Positions 16,601 to 25,436 are shown, numbered from the stretch's first letter. The stretch: 64,000 nt of DNA from an uncultured Alphaproteobacteria bacterium (GCA_947588275.1 CANPYJ010000001.1:20292-84291); one strand, 5' to 3'. Made by a program: numbers and translations. The notes: generated by a model from the sequence alone, not told the origin.

Positions 16601-17468
16601 GAATCAGCAGCGCATCCGGCACTTTAATCAAACCATGCAAAATCTGGCGCTGGCCGAAACCAACAAGCCCGAGCGCAGTGTCGCCACGTTTGACGGCTAT
16701 TACGCCGAATACGAAGCACGCAAAAACTTTCCCGGCTACGAAGACCGCCTCTCGGGCATCAGCACGCTGTTTGACAAAGATGTCGGCAACGGTCATCGCT
16801 ATGGATTCGGCATCGGCGTATATAATGCTTATGCCGATTTTGACGGCGACGGCAGCCGCCGCGACGTCTTAGTTCAGCTTTATCAGCCGCATGTGTTTGA
16901 AAACCGCGCGGCCGGCGCTGCTGTGATGCCTTATCTCGGCTATGACCGCGGGCGCTATAAGCGTTATTCCGATTGGGGTAAATTCGAACCGGATTTTGAT
17001 GTCTGGTATGGTGGACTCGCCAATCGCCTGTGGCTTAAATATCCGGTCGGCAGCATTCGGATAGAACCGACGGCAGAACTCAACCTGAATGTTGTTCATC
17101 AGGGCAAAATCACCGAAAAACAAGGTGTTGAAGTTGATGCCGACACCGATGTTTCGGTTGAAGCCGGTCTCGGCGCATTTGTCGAACATCGTTCGGATTT
17201 GGGCGAAAGCGGCAAACTCAAACTCCGCGCCGGCGCCATGTATTATCATGAACTCAACGACAACGTCTATGACCGCCGCCGCGCCAAAATGTCCGGCATG
17301 AACGGCAAATATAACATAGGAGGATACGAAACCGACAAAGATTCGGCCTTGTTCAGTGTTCAGTCCGATTATACGGTCGGTCGTTTCAGCGTCTATGGCG
17401 AAGTTCGGCAGTTTGTCGGACATAATGACAACGTGGTCTACAATCTCGGTCTGCGGGTGGCTTTTTAG
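13611..17468 (+). CDS. autotransporter (type Va) protein. Signal peptide, ankyrin-like segment, hydrophobic segment, cysteine-rich triple repeat (CAAGCPDT..C..YN.CG.C), Gly/Asn/Thr-rich beta-helical passenger, C-terminal beta-barrel translocator ending ...LGLRVAF.
   Basis: N-terminal MFYHLQRCIAILLLAAFTTVYVIMPAHA. ANK-like GLNINAVNENGDTGLCVAV. 26-nt exact DNA repeat at 14235-14260 / 14352-14377. GNITITG-type repeats. Last ~280 aa alternate hydrophobic residues and end in aromatic F. Confidence 0.8.
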   Translation: MFYHLQRCIAILLLAAFTTVYVIMPAHAWSHRLSPYDFSQMYNMAARGDKPRLAAAIARGLNINAVNENGDTGLCVAVRRRDVRAYHTFRAVGANPRPDCSWSIPYFNNFVNADYVRAGAVYETGSYYAADVPSDYTGLMQDLVVGGLIVGGIVALWPHGGSHHKNPCAENPCSAGCFVNLQCLEDEVCTQTNSCGGCEKCEAKCTVDHCAAGCPDTVEVTCKSGQECTHYNECGVCDSCDSTCKLNHCAAGCPDTQSIECPAGRHCTQYNDCGACIQCSGAFVKENVPGQNTEPLTKDGSQEKGTWGGIYTSSYNVDNKGRITLTGDGGFGIMSCSQESEQNCLDGDVRAGPNITNGGEISITGKKGTGIFATTPGSNGSGTYNSGTLTNSGNITITGNDGNGMTLLGHGNINNTGNITMTGEMTLRGEDTSNPHHPDADEGYHPRRNSAIYWDNTSLVNSDGSAGNHMKYTIPNATKYTIKNQGAINITADVDHSREGLSFKYPSVRGISVRFNSLTSANDTIEVDNYNNITIHGKLKNSASSASSDGRFGAIGIEIESSVGELHNQNGSITIDTDYGGTGVYVRPSENVGKTSTFTADFTGDITIANGGAGIVFEGQKLDYQGKISVGKDSQSKDSSAIEVASGDVNIKTNSTLEAKGKNAYGINVIEKLGSGEGNDPKITNNGAINVSGDNAVGISLSGQATGTNETGAKIEVSGTTKAYGVYATQTGDAGFENKGDINVSGAGEVVGMFGDGENGENDETVVLKNSGTITVSSSSSDQAIGMKGRGSKTTLTNTGTITVTGGSEDKKMVCEDDAKGCNGAMGASLAAFELTEGARLVNKGTIMSDGSLNFSQMGDGSGHVVAGKGSRFKAESVSGNLEAGADLTTGSNADNYVESDVVESQDIDLQLDSGSAMFDARLSRKAGGFADIVMARRNFNEILQHNDLANYLEQNYVQNKRIDLYDRLKTYVSAADLDAAAESWFGRNFIPLLAWQNQQRIRHFNQTMQNLALAETNKPERSVATFDGYYAEYEARKNFPGYEDRLSGISTLFDKDVGNGHRYGFGIGVYNAYADFDGDGSRRDVLVQLYQPHVFENRAAGAAVMPYLGYDRGRYKRYSDWGKFEPDFDVWYGGLANRLWLKYPVGSIRIEPTAELNLNVVHQGKITEKQGVEVDADTDVSVEAGLGAFVEHRSDLGESGKLKLRAGAMYYHELNDNVYDRRRAKMSGMNGKYNIGGYETDKDSALFSVQSDYTVGRFSVYGEVRQFVGHNDNVVYNLGLRVAF

Positions 17469-17523
17469 GGCAAAAAGGGAATGGACACTTGACGCGACGG
17501 CCGATTGGCGCTAGGCTGTCGAT

Positions 17524-18252
17524 ATGAATTTCAGCGACGAAGGATACATCATTAATTTGCGCAAACACGGTGAAAGATCTTTGATTCTCACCGTGTTGAC
17601 GCGCACGCACGGCAAAGTTGTCGGCTATGCCAAAAACTGCCTGTCCAAAAAGAATCTGGCGGCTTTTCAGCTGGGCAATCAGGTGCGTCTTGAAGTTTGG
17701 GCGCGGGTTGACGAGAATATGCCGGTATTCAAAACCGAGCTTGTAGCGCCGACGGTGGTCGGGTTTATCAATTCCGAGGCCAAATTGCGGGTTTTGTCGT
17801 CATTTTGCGCTTTGTGCAACGCCTGTATGCCGGAGCTGCAAAATCTGGAAAGTTTTTATGACAAAGCCGATGATTTTTTTAAACATATAAATGAAGATAA
17901 TTGGCTTGCATATTATTCTTACTTCGAATTTTATCTTCTTGATTTCTTGGGAATCGGCCTCGACCTGAACACCTGCGCCGTCACCGGCCGCACTGAAAAT
18001 CTGGCCTATGTGTCACCCAAATCCGGCCGCGCCGTCTGCGCCGATGCCGGCGCGCCATATCGCCAAAAGCTGTTTGGCTATCCGCAGTTTATCCGCACTC
18101 GAAACTATCGTCCGACCTCGCGCGAAGTGTCAGATTTGCTGCAAATGACGGAGTTTTTCCTCAACAAAAACTTTTTTGCCGCTCACGGCTTGAAATTTCC
18201 GCAATGCCGTGTTAGTTTGGGACAAAACCTTAAATTGACTGCCGAGAATTGA
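17524..18252 (+). CDS. recO: DNA repair protein RecO
   Basis: N-terminal OB-fold pattern (GYIINLRKHGERSLILTVLTRTHG) and Cys-rich zinc motif. 242 aa. Confidence 0.85.
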   Translation: MNFSDEGYIINLRKHGERSLILTVLTRTHGKVVGYAKNCLSKKNLAAFQLGNQVRLEVWARVDENMPVFKTELVAPTVVGFINSEAKLRVLSSFCALCNACMPELQNLESFYDKADDFFKHINEDNWLAYYSYFEFYLLDFLGIGLDLNTCAVTGRTENLAYVSPKSGRAVCADAGAPYRQKLFGYPQFIRTRNYRPTSREVSDLLQMTEFFLNKNFFAAHGLKFPQCRVSLGQNLKLTAEN

Positions 18253-18257
18253 AGATT

Positions 18258-20480
18258 ATGGCCGAACCGCAAGAAAGAATCAAAACTGTCGCCATGGCCG
18301 AGGAGCTGAGCTCCCGCTATTTGTCCTACGCGATGTCCACCATCGTTTCCCGCTCGCTGCCCGATGTCCGCGACGGCCTCAAACCGGTGCATCGCCGCCT
18401 GCTGTTTGCCATGCGCCAGCTTCATCTTGACCCTAAGTCCGGTTTCAAAAAATGCGCCCGCGTGGTCGGCGATGTCATCGGTAAATATCATCCTCACGGC
18501 GACAGCGCGGTTTATCAGGCAATGGCGCGTCTGGCGCAGGATTTTTCGGTGCGCTATCCGCTGGTGGACGGGCAGGGCAACTTTGGCAATATCGATGGCG
18601 ACGGTCCGGCGGCCATGCGTTATACCGAGGCGCGTCTGACCGAGTTTGCCATGGCTCTGATGGAAGGCCTCAACGATGACGCGGTCGATTTTCGCGATAC
18701 CTACGACGGCGAAGAATCTGAACCCGTGGTTATGCCGGCGGCAGTGCCGAATCTGTTGTGTAACGGCGCTTCGGGCATTGCTGTGGGCATGGCGACCAAT
18801 ATTCCGCCGCACAATTTGTCCGAAATCTGTGATGCGTTGCTGCTGCTGATTGAGAAACCCGATATCGAGATTGAACCGCTGGTGCGTAAACTGCGAGGTC
18901 CCGACTTTCCGACCGGCGGCATCATTGTCGATAAGTTTGCCACCATTTTAGACGCCTACAAACAAGGTCGCGGCAACTTCCGTATTCGCGCCAAATGGCA
19001 GAAAGAAGACCTCGGTATGGGGCAATATCAGATTGTGATAACCGAAATCCCGTATCAGGTCGTCAAGTCGAAGCTGATTGAAAAAATCGCTCAGCTCCTG
19101 CTGGAGAAAAAAGTGCCGCTTTTGGCCGATGTTCGTGACGAATCGGCGCACGACGTTCGTATCGTGCTGGAACCCAAAAACCGCAATGTCGATGCCAATA
19201 TGCTGATGGAACTTCTGTTCCGCCAGACCGAGCTGGAAAGCAAATTTCCGCTCAACATGAATGTGCTGGACTCCGACGGCGTGCCGCGGGTTATGAGTAT
19301 CAAAGAAGTCTTGGGCGAATATCTGCGGCATCGTCTGCGCGTGCTGGAGCGCCGTTCCGGATATCGGCTGCAAAAGATTTTGGCTCGGCTGGAGATATTG
19401 TCAGGCTATCTGATAGCGTATCTTAATCTGGACGAACTGATTAAGATTATTCGCGAAGACGATGAGCCCAAACCGCTGATGATGAAAAAATTCGCGCTTA
19501 CCGATACTCAGGCCGAGGCGATTTTAAATATGAAACTGCGCAGTCTGCGCAAGTTGGAAGAAAGCGAAATCCGCGCCGAATTTGATGAGCTGTCGGCGGA
19601 AAAAGAAGGGTTGGAGCGGCTTTTGGCCGATGAAAGCCTGCGTTGGCAAAAAGTGGCCGAAGAAGTACGTCAGGTACGTGACAAGTTTGGCAAAAAGACG
19701 GCGCTCGGCCGACGTCGCACCGAATTTGCAGAGGCGGCCGATGATGTCGAAATCAGCATTGAAGCTTTGGTCGAAAAAGAGCCCATTACCGTTATCTTGT
19801 CGCAAAAAGGCTGGATACGCTGCACCAAAGGTCACAATGACTTGAACGAAGAGTTCAAATTTAAGGACGATGACTCGTTGTTGATGGCGCTGCACGCCCA
19901 AACCACCGATAAGCTTGTGTTGTTGGACACGTCCGGCAAGTTCTTCAATATTGCCGCCTCTGAGATACCAAGCGGCCGCGGTTTCGGCCAGCCGCTGCGG
20001 CTGATGATAGATTTGGGCAATAACGACAACATTGTCGAAATGTTTGTTTTCAATCCTCAGAAACGTTATCTGATAGCTTCCGATCAGGGGCGGGGTTTTG
20101 CCGTGGACGAGAATCATATCATCGCCCAAACCCGCAATGGCCGCAAAATTATGAATGTGGCCGAGGACGAGAAATTGGCTTTTTGCAAGCCGCTTGACGG
20201 CGATATGACGGCAGTCGTCGGTGACAATCGCAAGCTCCTGATATTTAAGACGGAAGAAATCCCGACGATGGCGCGCGGCCGCGGCGTTTTGCTGCAAAAA
20301 TACAAGGAAGGCCGACTATCGGATGTTCAGATATTCAATGCGGCAGACGGTTTTGTATATACCCGCGCCGGCGGCACCAAGACGGAAACAGAGCTTCTGA
20401 CCTGGCTTGGCCACCGTGGGCAGGTAGGCAAGCTGGCGCCGTTTGGCTTCCCCAAAAACAATAAGTTTCTCAAAGAATAA
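18258..20480 (+). CDS. parC: DNA topoisomerase IV subunit A
   Basis: Type IIA topoisomerase A-subunit (active-site [16 protein letters not shown]). 741 aa without GyrA box/long CTD favours ParC. Confidence 0.8.
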   Translation: MAEPQERIKTVAMAEELSSRYLSYAMSTIVSRSLPDVRDGLKPVHRRLLFAMRQLHLDPKSGFKKCARVVGDVIGKYHPHGDSAVYQAMARLAQDFSVRYPLVDGQGNFGNIDGDGPAAMRYTEARLTEFAMALMEGLNDDAVDFRDTYDGEESEPVVMPAAVPNLLCNGASGIAVGMATNIPPHNLSEICDALLLLIEKPDIEIEPLVRKLRGPDFPTGGIIVDKFATILDAYKQGRGNFRIRAKWQKEDLGMGQYQIVITEIPYQVVKSKLIEKIAQLLLEKKVPLLADVRDESAHDVRIVLEPKNRNVDANMLMELLFRQTELESKFPLNMNVLDSDGVPRVMSIKEVLGEYLRHRLRVLERRSGYRLQKILARLEILSGYLIAYLNLDELIKIIREDDEPKPLMMKKFALTDTQAEAILNMKLRSLRKLEESEIRAEFDELSAEKEGLERLLADESLRWQKVAEEVRQVRDKFGKKTALGRRRTEFAEAADDVEISIEALVEKEPITVILSQKGWIRCTKGHNDLNEEFKFKDDDSLLMALHAQTTDKLVLLDTSGKFFNIAASEIPSGRGFGQPLRLMIDLGNNDNIVEMFVFNPQKRYLIASDQGRGFAVDENHIIAQTRNGRKIMNVAEDEKLAFCKPLDGDMTAVVGDNRKLLIFKTEEIPTMARGRGVLLQKYKEGRLSDVQIFNAADGFVYTRAGGTKTETELLTWLGHRGQVGKLAPFGFPKNNKFLKE

Positions 20481-20668
20481 TGTCCGAAATTTTGTTTGAA
20501 TACATCAGACAAGGTGCTTATGTTAAAGTAACGGCCATTGAGCCGGAAACCAAAATCGAAGCCAGTGTCGTGGTGCCTTCGGGTTTGAGCCGCGAACAAA
20601 TGAATCTCCAAGCGCTGCAAAAACTGAATTATGTTTTGAAAAAGAAAGCGGAAGAAACGACTCTTTGA
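20480..20668 (+). CDS. small hypothetical protein (62 aa) translationally coupled to parC (TAATG)
   Basis: ATG overlaps parC stop. Coding-like composition. Confidence 0.4.
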   Translation: MSEILFEYIRQGAYVKVTAIEPETKIEASVVVPSGLSREQMNLQALQKLNYVLKKKAEETTL

Positions 20669-20826
20669 ATTAAGCTTAAACTTTAAGAAAATTTATTAAT
20701 ATTTTGATATTTAATATTTAAATATAAAATTTTTGGCGCGTTCATAAATTTGTTGACTAAATAGAAAAAAGTGCCTATTTTTAACCTTAATCAACTCTTA
20801 TTATTAAAATTTTTTACAAATTAATT

Positions 20827-21990
20827 ATGAAAAAACAGGTGGCTTTTTACAGTGGTCTTTTTGATCCGTTTACGCGAGGACACTTGAACATTGTTGTGCG
20901 TATCCTGCGCGAATACGACCGAGTTATCATCGGCGTAGAAAACGATCGCCCGGACATTTGCCGCTATGACGCCGATGTCAGAGCCCAAATGGTTCGCCAA
21001 AGCATTGATGACTTGGTCAATCTGGGATGCGGAGCGGTGCAATTTCGCAAAGAGATTGTTTCCAGACTTCGCAACGATGCACAGATTGTGAAAGTCGTGC
21101 GCATTGACGGAGAAGTCGCCGATGCCGTTATCCAAAACAATGCAGATACGGTAATTCGCGGTATTCGCAATGAGTACGACCAACATATAGAAGAGGAACT
21201 TCGCGATCGGATTTTGCTTCAGCTTAAAATCCGCAACTATGAGCTGTACGGTTACGAGCTGATGCAAACCAACGGTGAGGTCATTCATATGTCTTCAACC
21301 GTGTGCAAAGATTTGTGTGACTGCGGCGAATATATTGCCGCATTGCATCATGTCACTCCCGGCGTGCATGCCATTATGATGCAAAAAGAACTTATGAAGC
21401 GCTTTGAAGTGGGGTTTGCAGATGAAGCCGACTCATTGACGAAAAAAAACGATTTTCTCGATGCTGTCTGCCGCGTCTACACCGTTCATCCGTACCGCAA
21501 CTTTACGCTGGTTTCCTATCTGCTTAACCGAATGGTGATTGAGAAAGGGTGGAACTTATTGGAGAAAAAAGCTTTGATGCGGTCGGGGTGGAACAACATT
21601 CATGCTCAGGCTTTGATTCTTAGCGCAATCAAAGAAACTCCGCTGGACAGCGCCGCTTGGGTTGGCGAACGGTTGAAAGATCGCCGCAAGGCAGAGAAGC
21701 TTCAAAAGCTGATTTTGGCGACTGGCATTATTCCCACTCTGATCGAAAAAAAGGATTTCGACGACGAGGATAGGCTTATGATGCGCTGTGTATCGCTGAT
21801 TTTGACAGACGAAGAGAACTATCCGTTGTATCTGCGGCTTATCCGTGCTGAAAATCATCAGCGCCTGCCGCGGGAGTTCTTTGAACGCCAAACGGCAATC
21901 GTCAATATGCTTGAAAGTCGAAAAGTCTTTACGGACGTGGAGGCCGATAAAGCCAAAAGAAACATCCGTGAATTTGCCGAAATCGGATAG
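20827..21990 (+). CDS. two-domain protein: N-terminal CoaD-like cytidylyl/adenylyltransferase (~150 aa) fused to ~230-aa domain of unknown function
   Basis: FYSGLFDPFTRGHLNIV resembles the GTFDPITNGH HxGH nucleotidyltransferase motif of PPAT. Total length 387 aa versus ~160 for PPAT. Confidence 0.55.
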   Translation: MKKQVAFYSGLFDPFTRGHLNIVVRILREYDRVIIGVENDRPDICRYDADVRAQMVRQSIDDLVNLGCGAVQFRKEIVSRLRNDAQIVKVVRIDGEVADAVIQNNADTVIRGIRNEYDQHIEEELRDRILLQLKIRNYELYGYELMQTNGEVIHMSSTVCKDLCDCGEYIAALHHVTPGVHAIMMQKELMKRFEVGFADEADSLTKKNDFLDAVCRVYTVHPYRNFTLVSYLLNRMVIEKGWNLLEKKALMRSGWNNIHAQALILSAIKETPLDSAAWVGERLKDRRKAEKLQKLILATGIIPTLIEKKDFDDEDRLMMRCVSLILTDEENYPLYLRLIRAENHQRLPREFFERQTAIVNMLESRKVFTDVEADKAKRNIREFAEIG

Positions 21991-22002
21991 GCTAGGCTGC
22001 TG

Positions 22003-22039
22003 AAAACTGTCGGAACTTGGTTTCCGACAGTTTTTTTTT
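22003..22039 (+). terminator. rho-independent terminator (aaaactgtcggaa-cttgg-tttccgacagtt + T9)
   Basis: 12-bp stem followed by T-run after stop at 21990. Confidence 0.7.
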
Positions 22040-22106
22040 GCGGGCTTTTGCCGGCAAATTGTTGCAATCGGACAAGACGATACTATTTTTTTGCCGGAGG
22101 TGGCTG

Positions 22107-22499
22107 ATGAAGAAAATATGGCTTGTGTTATTAGCGGGGGTTTGCAGTGCTTGTCAAAGCGTTCGTCCGTACGCCGAGACTTTACAGCCTTGGGTAGGGC
22201 AGACGGAAAGGAGCTTGGAGCAAAGCTGGGGCTATCCTGATAATGTTTTTTATATTACGCCGGACGAAAAAGTGGTGACCTATGTCCGTTCAAGCACGCA
22301 TCGTTATAATTTCGACCCTTATCAGGACGAAGTTGCGTATTCGGCCATTTCCTCTCCTGTCTACGGGTTTCCGCCGCAGCCGGCCGAAACGACATATTAC
22401 TGCAAGACGTCGTTTACGCTTCAAAACGGCATTGTGCGCAACTATAGTTTCAACGGCGATGGCTGTACCGGTGCCGTTGAGCGCGGATATATCTTCTGA
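22107..22499 (+). CDS. putative lipoprotein (MKKIWLVLLAGVCSAC...)
   Basis: Signal peptide with lipobox-like LAGVC. RBS GGAGGTGG. Confidence 0.5.
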   Translation: MKKIWLVLLAGVCSACQSVRPYAETLQPWVGQTERSLEQSWGYPDNVFYITPDEKVVTYVRSSTHRYNFDPYQDEVAYSAISSPVYGFPPQPAETTYYCKTSFTLQNGIVRNYSFNGDGCTGAVERGYIF

Positions 22500-22559
22500 A
22501 AAAAGAAAAGCCCTAATTGAACAATAGGTTCAAATTAGGGCAAAAGGTCATCAAAAACC

Positions 22560-22748
22560 TCATTCGGCTTTAACAAAATCGCCGGTTAAAGAAACCGTGT
22601 ATTTCCGCCTGCCGTCGGAAAAGTTCCATAAGATTTCGCGGCTGTGAGGGATAGTGACGGCTTTAATCGTTTGACGCAGGATGTCGCATCCGGCACCATG
22701 AAAGAAAGCGTAGACGGCTTCTTCCGTTAAAAGTTGTTTTTCGTTCAT
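22560..22748 (-). CDS. small hypothetical protein (62 aa)
   Basis: ORF with downstream minus-strand terminator hairpin (22509..22540 + T-run on minus strand). Confidence 0.35.
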   Translation of the reverse strand: MNEKQLLTEEAVYAFFHGAGCDILRQTIKAVTIPHSREILWNFSDGRRKYTVSLTGDFVKAE

Positions 22749-22868
22749 AATTTAAGATGTATAAATTGATAGACTTAATATCTCATATATTGTCAATTTT
22801 GTCAATATTTTTTTGTAAACCGTTGCGAAAAATTTAAAATAAAAAAGCACCGGAATGATGCTGAAAAT

Positions 22869-22959
22869 TGGCGGAGAGGCAGAGATTCGAACTCTGGGTG
22901 GGGTCGCCCCCCACGACGGTTTTCAAGACCGCTGCATTAAACCACTCTGCCACCTCTCC
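22869..22959 (-). tRNA. tRNA-Ser (anticodon UGA), class II, 91 nt including CCA
   Basis: Minus strand GGAGAGGTGGCAGAGTGGTTTAATGCAGCGGTCTTGAAAACCGTCGTGGGGGGCGACCCCACCCAGAGTTCGAATCTCTGCCTCTCCGCCA. 7-bp acceptor, long variable arm, TTCGAAT T-loop. Confidence 0.85.
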
Positions 22960-23013
22960 GAAATGTACAACCACACAATAATTTCAGAAAAACCGTCAGC
23001 AACTTCGTTGCTT

Positions 23014-23090
23014 CACGACGGTTTGGAGCTGCGCTCATCTACGATTCCAAGACCGCTGCATTAAACCACTCTGCCACCTCTCCGAAATGT
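23014..23090 (-). pseudogene. partial tandem copy of tRNA-Ser (5' half through anticodon stem plus 7-nt 5' flank) carrying a 22-23 nt insertion in the anticodon loop, followed by a terminator-like hairpin (22986..23020)
   Basis: 43-nt identity with the full gene (aagaccgctgcattaaaccactctgccacctctccgaaatgt) plus cacgacggttt. No T-arm or acceptor 3' strand. Confidence 0.5.
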
Positions 23091-23212
23091 GCCGCATTTA
23101 TTCGGCACAACCGTTATTTAGCTGAAAGTTTAGTAAGCGTCAAGCGTTTTTTTATCATTTATTTACAAGTTCAATGTAATAATGTCAAATAAACCGGTTT
23201 CAAGGATGAACA

Positions 23213-24487
23213 ATGAATTTTCGTTATGGTCTTTATTGCGGCGTAGTTGCGCTTGGTATGTCCGCTTCGGCATGTGCCAATGTCACGACTTTGGCACCGC
23301 CGGAATATATTAGCTGGCTTGACGAGCTTAAAAACGATATGCAAAACCGCGGTATCTCGCCGCAGACGATTGAGACTGTTTTTGCGCAGGATTACTATCA
23401 TCCGGCGCCGGAAGTCGTTAAGATTGATCGAAAACAAATTGAATTTGCCCTCACGTCTACCGATTATTTGAATCGTGTGGTTAACAAACGTCGAGTGGAG
23501 CGGGGCCGAAAACACTATCAGGCGCTGCAGCCGCTTTTGCAACGGCTGGAACAAAAATACGGCGTTCCGGGGCAGTATTTGATTGCGTTCTGGGGCATTG
23601 AAACCAATTTCGGCCAAAATTTCGGCGGATACAATACCATTGCGGCGTTGACAATGCTGAGTTATGACACCCGCCGTCCGGTTTTCTTCCGCAATCAGCT
23701 TTATGAAGCGCTTAAAATCATTGATACATGGCATATTGACTACACGCGCATGCAGGGCTCATGGGCCGGAGCGATGGGGCATTTTCAATTTATGCCTTCG
23801 ACATTCAATGCCTATGCGGTTGATTTCAATCAAGACGGGCAGATTGACATTTGGCATTCGTTTGAAGATGCGGCGGCCTCGGCCGCCAACTATCTGGCGT
23901 CTATCGGCTGGAACAAGGACCAGCCTTGGGGAATAGAAGTCAGCCTGCCGTGGAATTTTGACTTTGCGCAAAGCGGCCGCAATCATTTTCAAACCGTCAA
24001 ACAATGGAAAAAACTCGGTCTAAAAACCAAAGACAACCGCGAGATAAAGCTTGACCGTCACTGGCGCGCCGCCGTCATAACGCCGGAGGGCAAAAAAGGG
24101 CGGGCTTATCTGGTGCTGGACAATTTTCGAAAGATTATGCAGTGGAATCGCTCCGAAAACTATGCTTTGGCAGTCGGCACGTTGGCCGATTATATTGTCA
24201 CGGGGCAAAACTGGCGACCGGCGGCACAAAATCCGGCAACCCGTCTCAAAACAGACGATATTTTGCAGATTCAATCATTTATCAATAAGTTAGGGTGGTT
24301 TAAGCTTAACGAGGACGGACAACTCGGCAGTCAAACTCGCGAAGCCGTCAAACAAGTGCAAAAAGCGGCTAAACTTCCGGCCGACGGATATCCGGACTAT
24401 CAGCTGCTGCAAAAAATCCGCCGTTATAATCCGGAAATCGGCTTTGCCGTGCCGGTGCCGGAAAGAAAATTACACAAGCCCAATTAA
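23213..24487 (+). CDS. mltB: lytic murein transglycosylase (MltB/Slt35 family) with C-terminal peptidoglycan-binding domain
   Basis: Signal peptide. Transglycosylase core motifs (GIETNFG, AGAMGHFQFMPSTF). C-terminal PG_binding_1-like LGSQTREAVKQVQKAAKLPADGY. Confidence 0.8.
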   Translation: MNFRYGLYCGVVALGMSASACANVTTLAPPEYISWLDELKNDMQNRGISPQTIETVFAQDYYHPAPEVVKIDRKQIEFALTSTDYLNRVVNKRRVERGRKHYQALQPLLQRLEQKYGVPGQYLIAFWGIETNFGQNFGGYNTIAALTMLSYDTRRPVFFRNQLYEALKIIDTWHIDYTRMQGSWAGAMGHFQFMPSTFNAYAVDFNQDGQIDIWHSFEDAAASAANYLASIGWNKDQPWGIEVSLPWNFDFAQSGRNHFQTVKQWKKLGLKTKDNREIKLDRHWRAAVITPEGKKGRAYLVLDNFRKIMQWNRSENYALAVGTLADYIVTGQNWRPAAQNPATRLKTDDILQIQSFINKLGWFKLNEDGQLGSQTREAVKQVQKAAKLPADGYPDYQLLQKIRRYNPEIGFAVPVPERKLHKPN

Positions 24488-24551
24488 TCGCTTTACGAAG
24501 CTGGAAAAACAGTATAGCTTATTGTCAGAAATTGAGAATGCGGAAACTTAA

Positions 24552-25436
24552 ATGAAACTTACAAAAACAAGACTTGTGATACTGTCGCTTTGTTTGGGGA
24601 TCGGCGGCTGTACATACGGGCGTATTAATCCCGGCGCCAACAGCTATTCGCAGGCCGAAGCCATCAAGGGACAGGGAGGCGTTTACAAAATCGGCAACCC
24701 GTACCAGATTATGGGAACTTGGTATTATCCCAAAGAAGATTACAGTTATTCCGAAGTTGGCACAGCCTCATGGTATGGCGAGGATTTTCATGCCCGTCGG
24801 ACGGCCAACAACGAAAAATACGATATGCATGCTCTCACGGCCGCCCACCGCACTCTTCCGTTGCCGAGCATCGTCAAAGTTACCAACCTCGACAACGGCC
24901 GTTCGTTGGTTTTGCGGGTCAATGACCGCGGTCCTTATGCCAAAAACCGAATTATTGATATTTCCAAGCGCGGCGCTCAGCTTTTGGGATTCCAGACACA
25001 GGGGACGGCCAAAGTCAGGGTGGAAATTATGGCGGAAGAAAGCAAACAGTTGAAAGCGGCGCTGTTGGGGCAGGAGTGCAAGCCGGTCAAAACTTCGGCT
25101 TCGACTGTGATTCATTCTTCCAATCCGGCGCCGGCGGCCGAAGTGTCGCGCAATCCGCTGCAGTTGACAGGTGCCGAACAGAAGTCTCAGGTTCAGTCTG
25201 CGGCGGCCAAAGGCTGGTATGTCCAGACCGGCTCTTACACGCAAGAGAGCGCGGCGCAGGCACAAAGCGGACAATTGACGGCATACGGTGCGGCAGCGGT
25301 TTATCCGGCGCGGGTTGACGGACAAACCTATTATCGGGTTAGAATCGGTCCCTACGCCTATCGTCAGGAGGCCGAAGTCGCTTTGGCAAAAGTCAAGCAT
25401 TTTGGCGTTTACAACGCAAGAGTCGTACAGGAATAA
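24552..25436 (+). CDS. rlpA: septal ring lytic transglycosylase RlpA (DPBB domain + C-terminal SPOR domain)
   Basis: TASWYGEDFHARRTANNEKYD...VTNLDNGRSLVLRVNDRGPY DPBB motif. SPOR-like C-terminus. Lipoprotein signal LCLGIGGC. Confidence 0.85.
   Translation: MKLTKTRLVILSLCLGIGGCTYGRINPGANSYSQAEAIKGQGGVYKIGNPYQIMGTWYYPKEDYSYSEVGTASWYGEDFHARRTANNEKYDMHALTAAHRTLPLPSIVKVTNLDNGRSLVLRVNDRGPYAKNRIIDISKRGAQLLGFQTQGTAKVRVEIMAEESKQLKAALLGQECKPVKTSASTVIHSSNPAPAAEVSRNPLQLTGAEQKSQVQSAAAKGWYVQTGSYTQESAAQAQSGQLTAYGAAAVYPARVDGQTYYRVRIGPYAYRQEAEVALAKVKHFGVYNARVVQE

Noticed and set aside
19524-20297. 257-aa minus-strand ORF
   Set aside because: Antisense inside parC.
22509-22540. Hairpin gccctaatt-gaacaataggttcaa-attagggc as terminator for the plus-strand lipoprotein gene
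   Set aside because: On the plus strand it is followed by AAAAGG rather than a T-run. The T-run is on the minus strand, so it more likely terminates the minus-strand 22560..22748 ORF.
22855-23064. 69-aa plus-strand ORF
   Set aside because: Spans the tRNA-Ser gene and its fragment copy. It is the RNA gene, not a CDS.
23171-23734. 187-aa minus-strand ORF
   Set aside because: Antisense to the 5' end of mltB and overlaps the tRNA-Ser fragment region. No RBS.
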